Source of the DNA: Macrostomum hystrix
Taxonomy: Eukaryota > Animalia > Platyhelminthes
Direction of reading: 5' to 3'
Assembly: GCA_950097015.1 (NCBI GenBank)
Contig: CATNEN010000038.1
Span: forward strand, 7,440,001-7,504,000
DNA: 64,000 nt
This document shows positions 1 to 14,065 of this stretch, piece after piece. Both the position numbers and the translations under genes were made by a program. A model generated the notes under the pieces. That model saw only the letters and a list, made by a program, of their open reading frames with translations. It ran no database searches and was not told the origin of the DNA. Position 1 is the stretch's first letter. Each line of letters starts with the position of its first letter.

Positions 1-159
1 GATTCTAGCTACGATTCCTCATCCGATTCTAGCTACGATTCCTCATCCGATTCTAGCTACGATTCCTCATCCGATTCTAGCTACGATTCCTCATCCGATT
101 CTAGCTACGATTCCTCATCCGATTCTAGCTACGATTCCTCATCCGATTCTAGCTACGAT
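1..159. repeat. 24-bp minisatellite (GATTCTAGCTACGATTCCTCATCC)n, truncated by the window edge
   Basis: About 6.5 exact tandem copies visible. Confidence 0.97.
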
Positions 160-1394
160 TATTTATGCGATTTTTGCACAGAATCAATTTTAACTAATCA
201 AAGTGATTTCTTTAAAGTCCAGAAAATACTCAACATAAAAAAGCAATTTCAGTTAGTGAGTTAGTCTGTACTTTTTGGAATGCATAATTAATTGCTTACT
301 AAATTAATACTCAGCAATAACTAAGGACGAATGTCTATGCACACAATCTAACTCACTACAGACAGCTGGACTGATAGGAAAATGTTGCTTTTATTAATTT
401 CAACTGTTCGTTTTTTAAATGCTTTGGCTAAAAGAAACTCACCTCGTGAAGTACAACCATTGTGCCGAATTAAAAATCGACCTGTGTCAGTCAGAAAACC
501 TGCAGTACTAGAGCGGCAGATGCACCAGCGATTGGCTGAGATTTCTAAGTGATTGCGACGGCAAACAGAGAAATTATCAAAGCCTCATTGCCCAGTTTGT
601 GTCAGCCAATGCAGAGCTGGAACAGAAATCAAAGACGCGGGGAATCGTTTTCAATCTGTCAGTTTTCAAGCTCACACAAAGGGCGGTACCGCTAAGTTGT
701 AGGCGTGGTGGACTGGGCAAAAACTGGAAATCTCTTTTTTTATTTCTTTCGAGCCAGATTTTTTGGGTGTAGCTCTCATTATAAAACTACTTATTCTTTA
801 TATTTCTCTACCCGCAGCAGCAGACCAACCTCAACAAAAATCTTGCCGAGCAATATAATAAAACTGCAGCTGGACTATACTGATGCCGCTCAGCCAATGC
901 TGCGAATAGCTGCTGCCTTTTTCTTTACTTCTTTCGCAGCTACAGGACAGGAGAGAGTAGAGAAGTTTTTAGTTTTTGGGTGGGCGCAAGCATGCAGTGA
1001 ATGGCAGAGGTGGAGGACTGTAGGAATCGGGCGGTTTCGGTTGAGCACAGCAAGAGCTCTCACTCCCCTATAGCTCGACAATGTGCAAGAAACTGCACTT
1101 TAAATAATAAAAAACCTGAACCCAAGAGCAGAACGGTTCTCAGAGTTAGAGAGAGAAAGCTTTTTGGCCTTAGAGCCACACTCGCGCAGTAGGGCGGGCC
1201 GAACTGCTCACGCAGTTCTCACATGCAGTTTTTGTTAGCACAAAATTAATTGCGTCAAACAGTTCTGATGTCAAATGCAAGGCACGCATCCGAATATTGT
1301 CTACGAGATTTAAAAAAAATCGAATTGCTTTTCGTTAACTTAAGCTTTGTCATTTCTTCTGATCTGATTTCTGATTTGCTAACTGGGAGGCTAT

Positions 1395-1650
1395 AGGGAG
1401 TGAGTGGCAGAGCTGTCTAATGCGTTTGCCTCTCGCACCAGGCGGTTCTCAACCAATTTTGGGTGCATCCACCGAGATGGTTTGGTTGCTATTCTAGCTA
1501 TGAACGGGACTTGAGGGCAAACTTACAAGGCACAGTGAGAGTGTACACTGTCTGACGAAAGGACCAGTGTGAGTGTGTGCCTGTGTGCGGTATCTGTATG
1601 CGTGTGTGTTTAGGATTCAGTAGAATGTGCAGCATTGATTCTCGCTGGGA
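1395..1650 (+). mobile_element. tRNA-derived SINE, family A (diverged copy)
   Basis: Head GGGAGTGAGTGGCAGAGCTGTCTAATGCGTTTGCCTCTCGCACCA and body GGCACAGTGAGAGTGTACACTGTCTGACGA...GTGTGCCTGTGTGCGGTATCTGT match the reverse complement of 56620-56987 and 37000-37325. Confidence 0.75.
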
Positions 1651-2293
1651 ATAATTTGCTAGATGGTGGATATAATTAATTTCTTCAAATTAAAGATGCA
1701 AATACACAACCAAATGTGCGTGTATACCTAACAACCAGACCTAATAACCAAATAGGAATTTTTAATGATCATTGTGCTGAACAAGTGAGAGCTAACCTAA
1801 CTTAGTTTTTCATTCGATAAGTAGTCGACAATAAAATGCGAACATGATAGGCAATACATAAAAAACTACATAAAGAATACACTCAGAAAGAGTTCTACAA
1901 GGCCATGAAATCAAATGGAATCTGCAAGCCAATTCGTGCTTAGGGCCAGTGTACGAACGTAGAAGGGACAGAGAGACACCATATACTTTATGCTGGACAC
2001 GCATTGATGTGGGCATTGTGTCTCATTGTTAAACTTCATTTGAGCTCATTACATTCTCAATGAATGCTTCGCGCATTCAAGGTTGCCTATATTAAGCTTC
2101 TATACAAACACACAGGGCTGGCACTTAGCGGTCAACCTGAATGACCCGAATGCCTAAGAAAAAATTCGCTAGCTTAAAATAACCTGCGATTCGCGCGTAG
2201 ACAGGCGTAGAAACACAAAGTCCTACTTAAGAATCTGACCTAATGAAAGTAATGAAAGTCATACAGCCAGGGAGACAATACATCAATTACTAA

Positions 2294-2643
<350 letters not shown>

Positions 2644-3235
2644 TGATATCTATAGAAAAAGACACAATTGAAAAAAAACGGACAGACGTACAGACATGCA
2701 GAGACAAGCAATATTTAATCAGTTATAACAGTACTGAGGATAAATAACCTAAAACAGTTTGAAGATGTCATTAAACGCTCATTAAGAATTAACAGTAGTA
2801 AAAAATAGGACGAAAAAACTTTTCTTAGTTCCATGCAAAGCAGGGAACACATAGGGGGGCATATCTAGTAAGTTGGGGTGGGGATGCCCCACAGCAAGTG
2901 ATTAGGGAAGTAGCCCGCACTTATTGAACACTGTGAGTCCATGATCCCCAGTTACTCAAGACTAAAGCTTATTGATTACTGTGTCCAAACTGCGAGTCCA
3001 CTGCCTGCTCAAATGTCCTGTAGCTAGCTTGTAGTCAGTATTCTGTGCGTGCGTCACTACTATGCCATTCATATATTTAGTACTTAGGCTAAAGTCCAGT
3101 AAAAATTAACGAATATTAACGAATAGCATGCAATAGCTACAATAGCAAGTGAGGAGAATAGGCTATTCAGATCATAATGCGAATAATAGCTATTTCATAC
3201 ACACATACAAGCACAGACACACACTGAGAATATGG

Positions 3236-4215
3236 GTCAGGGAGGGTGTCAGTACAGAGCCTAAGAGGATCAGGGAGGGTGTTAGTACAGAGCCTAAGAT
3301 GATCAGGGAGGGTGTCAGTACAGAGCATAAGAGGATCAGGGAGGGTGTCAGTACAGAGCATAAGAGGATCAGGGAGGGTGTCAGTACAGAGCATAAGAGG
3401 ATCAGGGAGTGTGTCAGTACAGAGCCTAAGATGATCAGGAAAGGTATCAGTACAGAGCCTAAGATGATCAGGAAAGGTATCAGTACAGAGCCTAAGATGA
3501 TCAGGAAAGGTATCAGTACAGAGCCTAAGATGATCAGGGAAGGTATCAGTACAGAGCCTAAGATGATCAGGAAAGGTATCAGTATAGAGCCTAAGATGAT
3601 CAGGAAAGGTATCAGTACAGAGCCTAAGATGATCAGGGAAGGTGTCAGTACAGAGCCTAAGATGATCAGGGAAGGTGTCATTACAGAGCCTAAGATGATC
3701 AGGGAAGGTGTCAGTACAGAGCCTAAGATGATCAGGGAAGGTATCAGTATAGAGCCTAAGATGATCAGGAAAGGTATCAGTACAGAGCCTAAGATGATCA
3801 GGGAAGGTGTCAGTACAGAGCCTAAGATGATCAGGGAAGGTGTCAGTACAGAGCCTAAGATGATCAGGGAAGGTGTCAGTACAGAGCCTAAGATGATCAG
3901 GAAAGGTATCAGTACAGAGCCTAAGATGATCAGGAAAGGTATCAGTATAGAGCCTAAGATGATCAGGAAAGGTATCAGTACAGAGCCTAAGATGATCAGG
4001 GAAGGTGTCAGTACAGAGCATAAGAGGATCAGGGAGGGTGTCAGTACAGAGCATAAGAGGATCAGGGAGGGTGTCAGTACAGAGCCTAAGATGATCAGGG
4101 AAGGTGTCAGTACAGAGCCTAAGATGATCAGGGAAGGTGTCAGTACAGAGCCTAAGATGATCAGGGAAGGTGTCAGTACAGAGCCTAAGATGATCAGGGA
4201 AGGTGTCAGTATAGA
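3236..4215. repeat. 33-bp minisatellite (GATCAGGGAAGGTGTCAGTACAGAGCCTAAGAT)n
   Basis: About 30 copies; a unit length divisible by 3 produces the three overlapping repeat ORFs. Confidence 0.97.
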
Positions 4216-7200
4216 CTCTTTGAGGATCACAAAACAAGTTGTCAAGCACATAATAGAAAATTACTAAAATGTCTGCAATTAATATGAGAAAATGAAAAAA
4301 AGTAACTATAATATTTCCATGCATAGAAGAATTTTCAGAAATAAGGTAGGTAAATATCTAGCTAGTTATTGTGTGACTAATCATGAAAGAAGCAACCATA
4401 ATTATTCATAAATTAATATTTAATGATTCAATTTTCAAATATATATTTAGTTATAGTTTTAGTTTACATTTAAGACAGTTCTTTATTCAGGTAATTCATG
4501 TATATTTCACTAGATATGAATAGGTCCAATTAAGGTCCAGGTAACTTAAAAAGAACAAAAATAACAATAATTAGCTAGGCTGAAATACCAAAGATAGCAA
4601 TAGGCATTAGCCTCTAATCATAATAATACCAATTGCAAAAGGACAGTGGACAATGATACTTCATTTTGGCGACAATAAACCCACAACTAGCAAGGAGGAA
4701 ACTCTGCCCTTTAGCACTTTTTACCATAAAATGTTATAAATAGAACTAAAACTAACAACATATCTGCTATCTAGTGGCCCATTTTTCCCCATGGGCCTAT
4801 CTAGATATCTAAACTAAATGATTAGTTAGCTTACCAATGCCGAATTTTACTTTTAAATGGCTAATGCTGGGCTGATAATTAGCTAATGACATAGCTAGGC
4901 CTAAGTAGGCCCTTTTATTTAAATTAGGCCTAGCTTGAAAATAAAACTCTTGTTGTCACCTTGGCTATCCTACTTTCAAAGTTTCAATGGTCTACATTTT
5001 TGCCTAATTTTTGTTCCAATAAGTACTGGAATACATTTAATACATCACCATTAATAACTGCAAAATATAACTATGTATAGGCAAGCATTATAAAAACAGG
5101 TAATTTAGATACACTTTAGGCCTACCACACAAAAAAGTTAAGTTAAAAAATCTAATTGAATATAGGCCCTACTAAAAGTAATACAAAAGAACTTCACAGA
5201 TATAAAGACAACAACAAGTGAAAAAATGTGCTTTTAGAATGCAGAACTAGACTTCTGACTATTATAATAAACTAGCTGGTAGAATTATCTCGCCAGTGGG
5301 GTTGATGCAGCTATGCACATTTGGGTGAGAAATTTCTTATCAGTATGCTCACCAAGCAAAACTAGCTCTGATGCAATCATTAAAATTGGCACTGGAGCCT
5401 CACTGTGCACCAGCTGAAAACAAAAATGCATTAGAAAAGGCTATTTAAAACTGTTTTTCGAATATTTAATCCCCTTGGCAATAGAATTAAGCTGAATAAA
5501 AATACGTGTATTGTGTATAGTATAATTGTCCCCATATTTGGCATCTTTTGGTGAAATGGTGAAAAATTTTGAGAAAATCGATCGCGCATATATATAGATA
5601 GATTTGAATTCCAGTAAAGTGGAGGATATTTAAGCTTCTACTTCCAGGTCTACCACTTTCGTAATTAGACTAAGTGGAAACTTATTTTTATACAGAAACT
5701 CACTCGGTAAATAGCTTAAAAATTAGTAAATTAAATTTGAGGAGTTCATTATTTTCTTATATGAGGGATTCAGCGTTTACTGAAGTAACTGATTAACGTT
5801 GACAAAACGCCCGCTGAGCAGTATCAGTTGTGCTGAAAAAAATGCCACACCCAACATTTTTTCTCACGCCTTTCTTAGAAAACGAAGTATTTAACTTCTT
5901 GCTTTTTGTTTCTAAATGATTCTATCAAGTCAATATAAAATGAAAAGTTATTAGCAGAGTTTAACTTTAATACCATTAAAACATCTAAATAAATTTTTTG
6001 CTTCTTCACTATTTTTATACTAAAAACTAGTTTGGGTAGATTATAACTTACGCATATATATTTCTGGTTTTTATTCCGTAATTTATTATCGAAAAAATAT
6101 TTGATATGCGTTCTTGTTTGCTTTGAGTCACATTAGGCTAAGAGTCTAGAGAGTAAAATATTACAAAAATTAACTAAGAAAAAATAAGTACAACCTCATT
6201 CGTTGCGGGCGCACCTGAAGGCTGCGTCCCGCGGGAGTCAGCCTGTGCATGGTGAGGGCTGACGGCGCCACATCCAAATTACGCCAGCTCATTCTTTTAG
6301 AAATTAAACAAGTGGGTCAGCTACAGCAATACAGAGTTAAGTATCTCGCTGAGGGATGCCAAGCGTTAAAGTCGAGTCGGAGAATTCAACGCACCACGAC
6401 AGCTGCAAGTTGAGTCAGATCCTCATATGTACAAGTACCACGAGGCTGCAATCAAAATATTGCAACATATTTAGTGAAAGAGATAGTTTAAGTTTAGCTT
6501 TGTCAGCTTCTATTTTAGTAACATTATGAACTCTGTATTTCAGCTATTTTAAGCAAAGCTGGCCTTTATTGGCTGATGTCTATTGTGTTGTAATTGGGTT
6601 TCAAACAAGCCAATTTTATAAAAAAATATATAAACTAAGAAATTGAAGTCTTCCTTTTATTGGATGGGGCATCACAGAGCAGCGCAATAGCTCTCCAACA
6701 GTGAGCACAAAGCTGAAGCGGCTATGATCAGGATGTATATGTATATAATTATTTGTACTGACAAAAATGAAACATGTTCAGTAAAAACTTCACCGTCAGC
6801 GTTTTGCTGACCAGTGGATACAAGAAAAATGTAAATAATAGACTAAAAATACAACATGCAACGGTCGCCAAAGCTTTTTAAAACACTCTAGCTCCCGGGC
6901 TAAAACTATATCTAAGTAGTAACTTAAGGCGTGTAAAGTGGGTTAAAAAATAAGCCGAAAAATAGCACAACAGCCTAAGCAGAAAATAATAATGTCCACT
7001 CTAGTATTTGTACAGGGCGATGACAAGGACTGCTCCAGTAGTAGGATATGGCATACAGGCATGTAAAACAAAATACATGCAAACATGTAAAATTCTCACT
7101 AGGATTTTAGTAGTAGATGTTACTATTTTTAGAAACCAAATCCGGGTAACCCCAACGGAAATATCACACAATGACTGCGTGCCGCGTCTTTCAATGAAGT

Positions 7201-7821
7201 TTGTTTGAGTGATTAAAAACATAATTGTTGACGGACAAGGTTTCGACAACTCGACAAAAAACAATTTGTACGAAGTTAAAACGACTTCATGCGATAATGA
7301 AAAGCAAGCGAGTTTAATACTCGCAGAAAAGGAAAATTATACAAGCTATATATTTCATAGACTTTGTTAATAATTTAGACGATAAACTGAATAAAATCAC
7401 AGGCAAATAATGAGCCAGTAAATAAGAGTACAGTTGGGAGGCAAGTAAAATAGTTGGGAGTAGGACTAAGCGATGCTTTTCAGGAGCTTCGCTTTAAACA
7501 TTAAATTTAATGTGCACTTTTAACTGAAGCCAAACATAAATATATAGAAGCAGTTTTTTTAATTATAATTAAATTGCGTATTTACAAAAGGGCAAACATT
7601 CCAAACCTGCTGTTGCCTCTTAAAATAGCTGGGTTACGTCATCACTTACGCCAGTCGGTTTTGTAATAGCCATGCAACAAGGGTGTGCCATGTGTTGATG
7701 GAGTTTAGAATCTTCGGAGATACGAAAAAACTCTTGCGAATGCAATCAGCTCAAACTGCAGAGCACAATGCTACTGTGAAATCAGATGGACAAGTTGAAA
7801 AACTATAACTAGACAGACAGA

Positions 7822-8595
7822 CTACTCGCGCTGCTGGTAGGGCGGCGGCGGGGCATCTGTGGCAGGTCCGACGAAGGCGGTGGCCGCGTCGGCGGCGGCA
7901 CCGTTGGCCGAGTAGGCAGGCGGTCTGTCGCTGTCGCTAATGCCACCGACGGCGGCTTCCTGACCTCCACAGGCCTCGTCCTGGTCCTCCTTCGGTTGGT
8001 AGGGTGGGGGCTGGTACTGCTGCTGCTGCGGCAAGGTCGCTGGCGGCGGCGGTGGCGGCGCCGGGAAACGACGCCCGACCCGACCAGCTCCCAGTTCGAC
8101 GTCGTCATCGAAATCGTCCAGCTGGTTGGCGGACGGGCCGGAGCGACGCAGCCGGCTGCTGAAGTGGCCGGAGAATCGAGTGGCGGCGGCCGACGGGAAT
8201 CTGGGCAGCCGTACTGGCCAGTCCATCATCAGCAGTGGAGGTCGGCTACCGCCGGCCGCTGGTCGAGCCGCAGCGGACGAAGAGCTGACGGTGGCATTCC
8301 GGTAGGCGGCTGCGGCCCAGGCGGCCCGCCGTTTGTGCACCCCGCAGACGCCGAAGCAGACAAACAGAAGGAAGATGAGCATGAACCAGAAGTACCACAT
8401 GTTCCACATTGACACCAGGTGGCGCAGCTGCTGTGCCGGCACCCGGTCAGGCAGGGAGGTGAGGTTGGCCACCCGGTAGATCTGGCCGGTGTGCGGGTCT
8501 CGGACCCTCGGCAGGCAGCAGTGAGTGTCCCACTGACTGCAGCACAGGTAGGGCATCCGGCAGTAATGAGTGTAGGAGCAGGCCTGGTACAGCAT
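7822..8595 (-). CDS. WBP1/VOPP1-like single-pass membrane protein with PPxY motifs
   Basis: Cys-rich N-terminus (C..YC...CC....CC), hydrophobic segment WNMWYFWFMLIFLLFVCFGVCGV followed by basic HKRR, and cytosolic PPPY, PPAY and PPPPY motifs. First ATG at 8595, preceded by TTGCAG|CCAGTC (acceptor-like). An upstream exon with a signal peptide cannot be excluded. Confidence 0.75.
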   Translation of the reverse strand: MLYQACSYTHYCRMPYLCCSQWDTHCCLPRVRDPHTGQIYRVANLTSLPDRVPAQQLRHLVSMWNMWYFWFMLIFLLFVCFGVCGVHKRRAAWAAAAYRNATVSSSSAAARPAAGGSRPPLLMMDWPVRLPRFPSAAATRFSGHFSSRLRRSGPSANQLDDFDDDVELGAGRVGRRFPAPPPPPPATLPQQQQYQPPPYQPKEDQDEACGGQEAAVGGISDSDRPPAYSANGAAADAATAFVGPATDAPPPPYQQRE

Positions 8596-9689
8596 GACTG
8601 GCTGCAAGCGGAGTGCCGAATTAGCTTCGTCTTTGTCACTTTTGCAGCCTAGGAGTAATCTACCTTTTCATCTACGCCCCCCCACTGACTAGGCGCTCCT
8701 AGGTCTTCTGCTCTTTTCAAGTCTTGCCTCTGCACTTGGATCCGCGCCGGCGGCGGCTGGCTCTCTCACACCCTGCGTGATGGGGAGGGGCCCTTTGTGT
8801 ATGCCTGTGCTTGTGTGATTCCATTGTCTGCCTGTTGATAGTTAAGGATGCCTGCTTCACGTGATCCTTAAGGACAGTTTCTGTTTACTTGTAATTATGA
8901 CTCATGTCTATTTTTAGCAACAAGTCTTGGGATCGTTTTTCTACGTATATCCTACGTATGCCTGACGCCAGTTTCTAATTTTAGCAACAGACCCTTTGGT
9001 CATGGGTTTGTTGCCTGTTTATCTGACGTCAGTTGCTATTTATAGAATCCACGTGATGCGTCCGCTACCCCTACATCGTCTGCACGATATAAACAGTGCC
9101 CCGTTAAGGCCACAGGGCTAGAGTTTTCTTAAGTTTTTAAGCGTTTCCGTAGCGCTATATTAATTGCGTCCTATTATCATGCCCATTTAGTGTGTGCCTG
9201 CGTGCCCGCTAAAATATTGTTTCCAATCGAACTCCCGACCTCACGTTCAGAAATCTTAATATTTTATCTCTGGGCTAAAAGTTGCGCATTTAGTGAAAGC
9301 AAAATGAATCTAGCTACCTTTTGTAGGTACGAAGTGTAGATAGCTAACGGTCAGAAGTAGTCTTCAAATACCAGCCTATGGGAGGCAATTCGTGTCCTTT
9401 ATCTGGAGTAGAAATCTATGATCCTATTATGGAACTAAACAGATGTACACGGACTTTTGAGGCGCAGTAATTTCTATCTATTTACCTTTTATCTACTCTA
9501 GATCTGCATTTATCAGCTAGCTAGACAGGCATCAAAATAAATAGAAGAGCAGATGAAGCAGTCATGTTTTTGTCTCCAATGAAATTGGCCAATGCGTTAG
9601 CTAGCCAGTCTATTTAATGAGTCCAATTTAGACTCTGCATCGAATCGCTTTGTAGTCCAGAATGTAAGTCTAGGCATGAACTCTCGGAC

Positions 9690-10175
9690 TCAAGCATCGG
9701 CAGGCGGCTGCTGGGGAGCAGCGCCAGGACCAGCGGCTGCGGCTGCGGCCGGCTGGGTTTTGCGGTAGGCCAGCCGATCGCCGAAGCGGCCTCCCCGCTC
9801 GCCGCCCTCTCCGCCGCGACCTTCGCCGCCGCCGCGTCCGCCGGCGCCGGGTCCGCGCGCGTCGGTGGCAGCGCCGCCGGGTCCGGGGCGTCGGCTGAGC
9901 GTGGCCGGCACGCATTCAGTCGGCAGATGGAGGAATTTGCGCAGAAATTCGATGCCCTCGTTAGTCAGGAACCAGTAGTAGTGGCGCCAGGCGAACTGCT
10001 CGCGCACAAAGCCGCGCGACTTCAGGCTGGTCAGGGTCTTCACTACGTGCAGATTGCGCACCCCGGTGACCTGGGGATGAGTCACATTCGGCCTGGGATC
10101 CTTCTTGGCCACCATGACACCGTCGGAGAACAGGCGCTCGTAGATCGAGACGGTTTCCTTCTTTGGGATCAGCAT
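9690..10175 (-). CDS. RPS10: 40S ribosomal protein S10 (eS10), intronless CDS
   Basis: [22 protein letters not shown]...[53 protein letters not shown] is the eS10 signature; RG-rich tail. Confidence 0.97.
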   Translation of the reverse strand: MLIPKKETVSIYERLFSDGVMVAKKDPRPNVTHPQVTGVRNLHVVKTLTSLKSRGFVREQFAWRHYYWFLTNEGIEFLRKFLHLPTECVPATLSRRPGPGGAATDARGPGAGGRGGGEGRGGEGGERGGRFGDRLAYRKTQPAAAAAAGPGAAPQQPPADA

Positions 10176-10257
10176 GGCTGTTGTTGAATGGGCGGCACTG
10201 GCTGCGGGGCGGTGTGCGGGGTGGAATTAATGGGCTGCCTTGCCTGACTGCTCTCAT

Positions 10258-10800
10258 CTGCTTAATAACAATCCAGCCAAATTATCACCTGTTTAATAAC
10301 AATCCAGCCAAATTATCACCTGTTTAATAACAATCCAGCCAAATTATCACCTGCTTAATAACAATCTAGCCAAATTATCACCTGCTTAATAACAATCTAG
10401 CCAAATTATCACCTGTTTAATAACAATCCAGCCAAATTATCACCTGCTTAATAACAATCTAGCCAAATTATCACCTGTTTAATAACAATCCAGCCAAATT
10501 ATCACCTGTTTAATAACAATCCAGCCAAATTATCACCTGTTTAATAACAATCTAGCCAAATTATCACCTGTTTAATAACAATCCAGCCAAATTATCACCT
10601 GTTTAATAACAATCCAGCCAAATTATCACCTGTTTAATAACAATCCAGCCAAATTATCACCTGTTTAATAACAATCCAGCCAAATTATCACCTGTTTAAT
10701 AACAATCCAGCCAAATTATCACCTGTTTAATAACAATCTAGCCTAATTCTCACATGTTTAATAACCAGCTTGATTTTTACCTCCAATTCTTACCTGTTTA
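10258..10800. repeat. 31-bp minisatellite (TGTTTAATAACAATCCAGCCAAATTATCACC)n upstream of RPS10
   Basis: About 15 good copies, decaying rightwards. Confidence 0.95.
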
Positions 10801-11629
10801 AAAACAAGCTAGACTAATTCTCACCTGTTCACCGACTAGATTGTCTAATTATTCTCACCAGTTTCATAATTAGATTGCTGAAATATTTTAACCCGTTTAA
10901 CAAGACTTAGTAATTGTTAACACCTGCTTATAGAGACCCTACCCTACAAAATAATTCCTAGCTTTATTAAATATAATGAAATGGCAGACATAACACTAAA
11001 CAGAGTGGGAAGCAGTTACTAATCAAATAGCAGTAAGAGTTAATGTTTTTTTGTAAAAAAATCAATTAATAAGCTACTGTTTAGTAGCGCATAGTAGCAA
11101 AACCTGGTTAACAAGCATCAATGAAAACCGTATACGATAGGCATTCATCATACAGACATTATTGACAGCAAAAGATAAGCAAGATAAAGCACAAGAAAAA
11201 TCAGAACATCAATCAGATTCACATTGTCAATTGATTTAAGCCTAGAATATAGCGCAATTTAAAAACAGAAATGTGGAATTACGCTGGAGTTGCTATGGAA
11301 ACAGCGGGAAGTCCTACCGTGATTCAGTTATAATAAGTGACAATGGCGCACTTTTAGCAGTTAAACAGTTATTAATAGTACAGGATTGTCACCCGTGGCA
11401 CTTCAAACTTTAACTAGACAAATCTAGAATATATATTTTCTAAGACAAGCGAGTAAATCTATCTGATTAAATACAGTTTATTAAGTATATGATTTACTTT
11501 GCCTTAAAAACAAAGTGACAATAGATATTACTGTCAAATAATTGAATAGTGAATATAAAGGAATAAGAGTAATTAGAGAACCTCTTGGATAGAGAAGCAG
11601 CAGTTCGCATCCTCCCGCCGAGCGGCAGT

Positions 11630-12890
11630 TTACACAGACGTGCCTGGTTTGGTCAAGCTCTGCTCCATGAACTTGCGCTTAGCGAAGCAGATCCACCATT
11701 TGCTCGGCTTGTCGTTCGGATCGCCCGGGAACAGTTTATCAAGTAGGCGCTGGCCAGTCTCCTGGCGCAGCTGCTGAATGTACTGCCGCATCAGCTCCTC
11801 CTCGGCTTTGTCTCGCGGCTTCGCGTACAGAGCGTTCAACTCGCGAGGAAAGCCTGGATCTCCGGGCATGTCGAATTTGGCAATGCCCATGGCGTTGATT
11901 TCCTTGGAGGCCTGTGAGTGGATGCGTGCAATCACTCACTCTGTACATCCCATACAGAAAAATCTTCCTGACTACCTACCACAGGTAAGCACTGTTATTT
12001 GCCTCGGTAAAGTAGAGTAGTCTATCTAATCAAGCCTAATCGATCTACTCTACCTTCCGGGTCTATCCACTGTGGTCTAGTAGCTCTACCCTATCTAGCT
12101 ACTAGCTCCACCCTATCTAGCTACTAGCTCTACCTTATCGAGCTACTCACTCCACCTTATCGAGCTACTCACTCTACCTTATCGAGCTACTCACTCTACC
12201 TTATCGAGCTACTCACTCTACCTTATCGAGCTACTCACTCTACCTTATCGAGCTACTCACTCTACCTTATCGAGCTACTCACTCTACCTTATCGAGCTAC
12301 TCACTCTACCTTATCGAGCTACTCACTCTACCTTATCGAGCTACTCACTCTACCTTATCGAGCTACTCACTCTACCTTATCGAGCTACTCACTCTACCTT
12401 ATCGAGCTACTCACTCTACCTTATCGAGCTACTCACTCTACCTTATCGAGCTACTCGCTCTATTCAATCGAAAAACTCGTTATACCCAATCGACCTACTC
12501 GTTCTTTTTTATCTACCTGCTCGCTCTACCTAATCTAGCTACTCGCTCCACCCAATCGAAATAGTCGATCTACCCAGTCTACCCAGTTGTATCCAGCAAA
12601 CCGCAATGAAAACAACAAACCTGAGTCTTATTCGGGCTGCGGTAAATCTTGCGCAGGACATCCAGGATGTAGAGGGTCAGGTAGATGAGGACCCGATCAG
12701 CCTCGGACTTGATCTCGTAGTTCTTGAAGAACACGTTGGCCTTGAAGTAGAACAGGGCCTCGTCAATGATGTCCTTCTCAAGGCTGGACTCCTGTGGCGC
12801 CGGTCCGCGGAACTTGGTTCGCAACGGCAGCAGCGCCATGTTGCCAACTAGCTTGGACGCCTGAACGAACTCTGAGTGATAGGCAGGCAT
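11630..12890 (-). CDS. ARPC3: Arp2/3 complex subunit 3 (p21-Arc), 2 exons
   Basis: Exons 12890-12621 and 11911-11630, phase-0 intron (CAG|gtttgt...cactcacag|GCC), 183 aa. MPAYHS...[16 protein letters not shown]...[36 protein letters not shown] and PGDPGFP..LN...[14 protein letters not shown]. Confidence 0.97.
12075..12460. repeat. 22-bp minisatellite (AGCTACTCACTCTACCTTATCG)n in the ARPC3 intron
   Basis: About 15 tandem copies. Confidence 0.95.
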
Positions 12891-13039
12891 TGTGCTTCTC
12901 TTCTTTCGCGATTCACGGAATACTAGCTCTGAAAGCGAATAATTCGGGACGAATTAATAACGAAAATTGTTTAAGGAATTCAATTACCTGTTCTACAAAT
13001 CCTGTACTACTGAATTCTATACTTTACAAATTTCGCATT

Positions 13040-14065
13040 ACTGAATACTATGTTCTACAAATCCAGCATTACTGAATTATATTCTCTACCAATCCTGCAT
13101 TAATGAATTCTATGCTCTACAGATCCTGTATTACTGAATTCTATGCTCTACAGATCCTTTATTACTGAATTCTATGCTCTACAGATCCTGTATTACTGAA
13201 TTATATGCTCTACAGATCCTGTATTACTGAATTCTATGCTCTACAGATCCTGTATTACTGAATTCTATACTCTACAAATCCAGCATTACTGAATTATATT
13301 CTCTACCAATCCTGCATTACTGAATTCTATGCTCTACAGATCCTGTATTACTGAATTATATTCTCTACCAATCCTGCATTACTGAATTCTATGCTCTACA
13401 GATCCTGTATTACTGAATTATATTCTCTACAAATCCAGCATTACTGAATTATATGCTCTACAGATCCTGTATTACTGAATTATATTCTCTACAAATCCAG
13501 CATTACTGAATTCTATGCTCTACAGATCCTGTATTACTGAATTCTATGCTCTACAGATCCTGTATTACTGAATTCTATGCTCTACAGATCCTGTATTACT
13601 GAATTCTATGCTCTACAGATCCTGTATTACTGAATTCTATGCTCTACAGATCCTGTATTACTGAATTCTATGCTCTACAGATCCTGTATTACTGAATTCT
13701 ATACTCTACAAATCCAGCATTACTGAATTCTATGCTCTACAGATCCTGTATTACTGAATTCTATGCTCTACAGATCCTGTATTACTGAATTCTATGCTCT
13801 ACAGATCCTGTATTACTGAATTCTATGCTCTACAGATCCTGTATTACTGAATTCTATACTCTACAAATCCAGCATTACTGAATTATATTCTCTACCAATC
13901 CTGCATTACTGAATTCTATGCTCTACAGATCCTGTATTACTGAATTATATTCTCTACAAATCCAGCATTACTGAATTATATTCTCTACAAATCCAGCATT
14001 ACTGAATTATATTCTCTACAAATCCTGCATTACTGAATTATATTCTCTACAAATCCTGCATTACA
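13040..14065. repeat. 31-bp minisatellite (TCTACAGATCCTGTATTACTGAATTCTATGC)n between PI4K2 and ARPC3
   Basis: About 32 copies with variant units. Confidence 0.96.

Noticed and set aside
3149-4324. Three long repeat-protein ORFs (372, 385 and 353 aa)
   Set aside because: Artefacts of a 33-bp minisatellite that is open in several frames on both strands; no unique flanking coding sequence.
5466-6369. piggyBac-like MITE bounded by TTAA
   Set aside because: Putative ends (TTAATCCCCTTGGCA / TGCCAAGCGTTAA) match too imperfectly to call.
10258-14065. CRISPR-like appearance of 31-bp arrays (also 49900-50160)
   Set aside because: Head-to-tail units without unique spacers, no cas genes, eukaryotic context.
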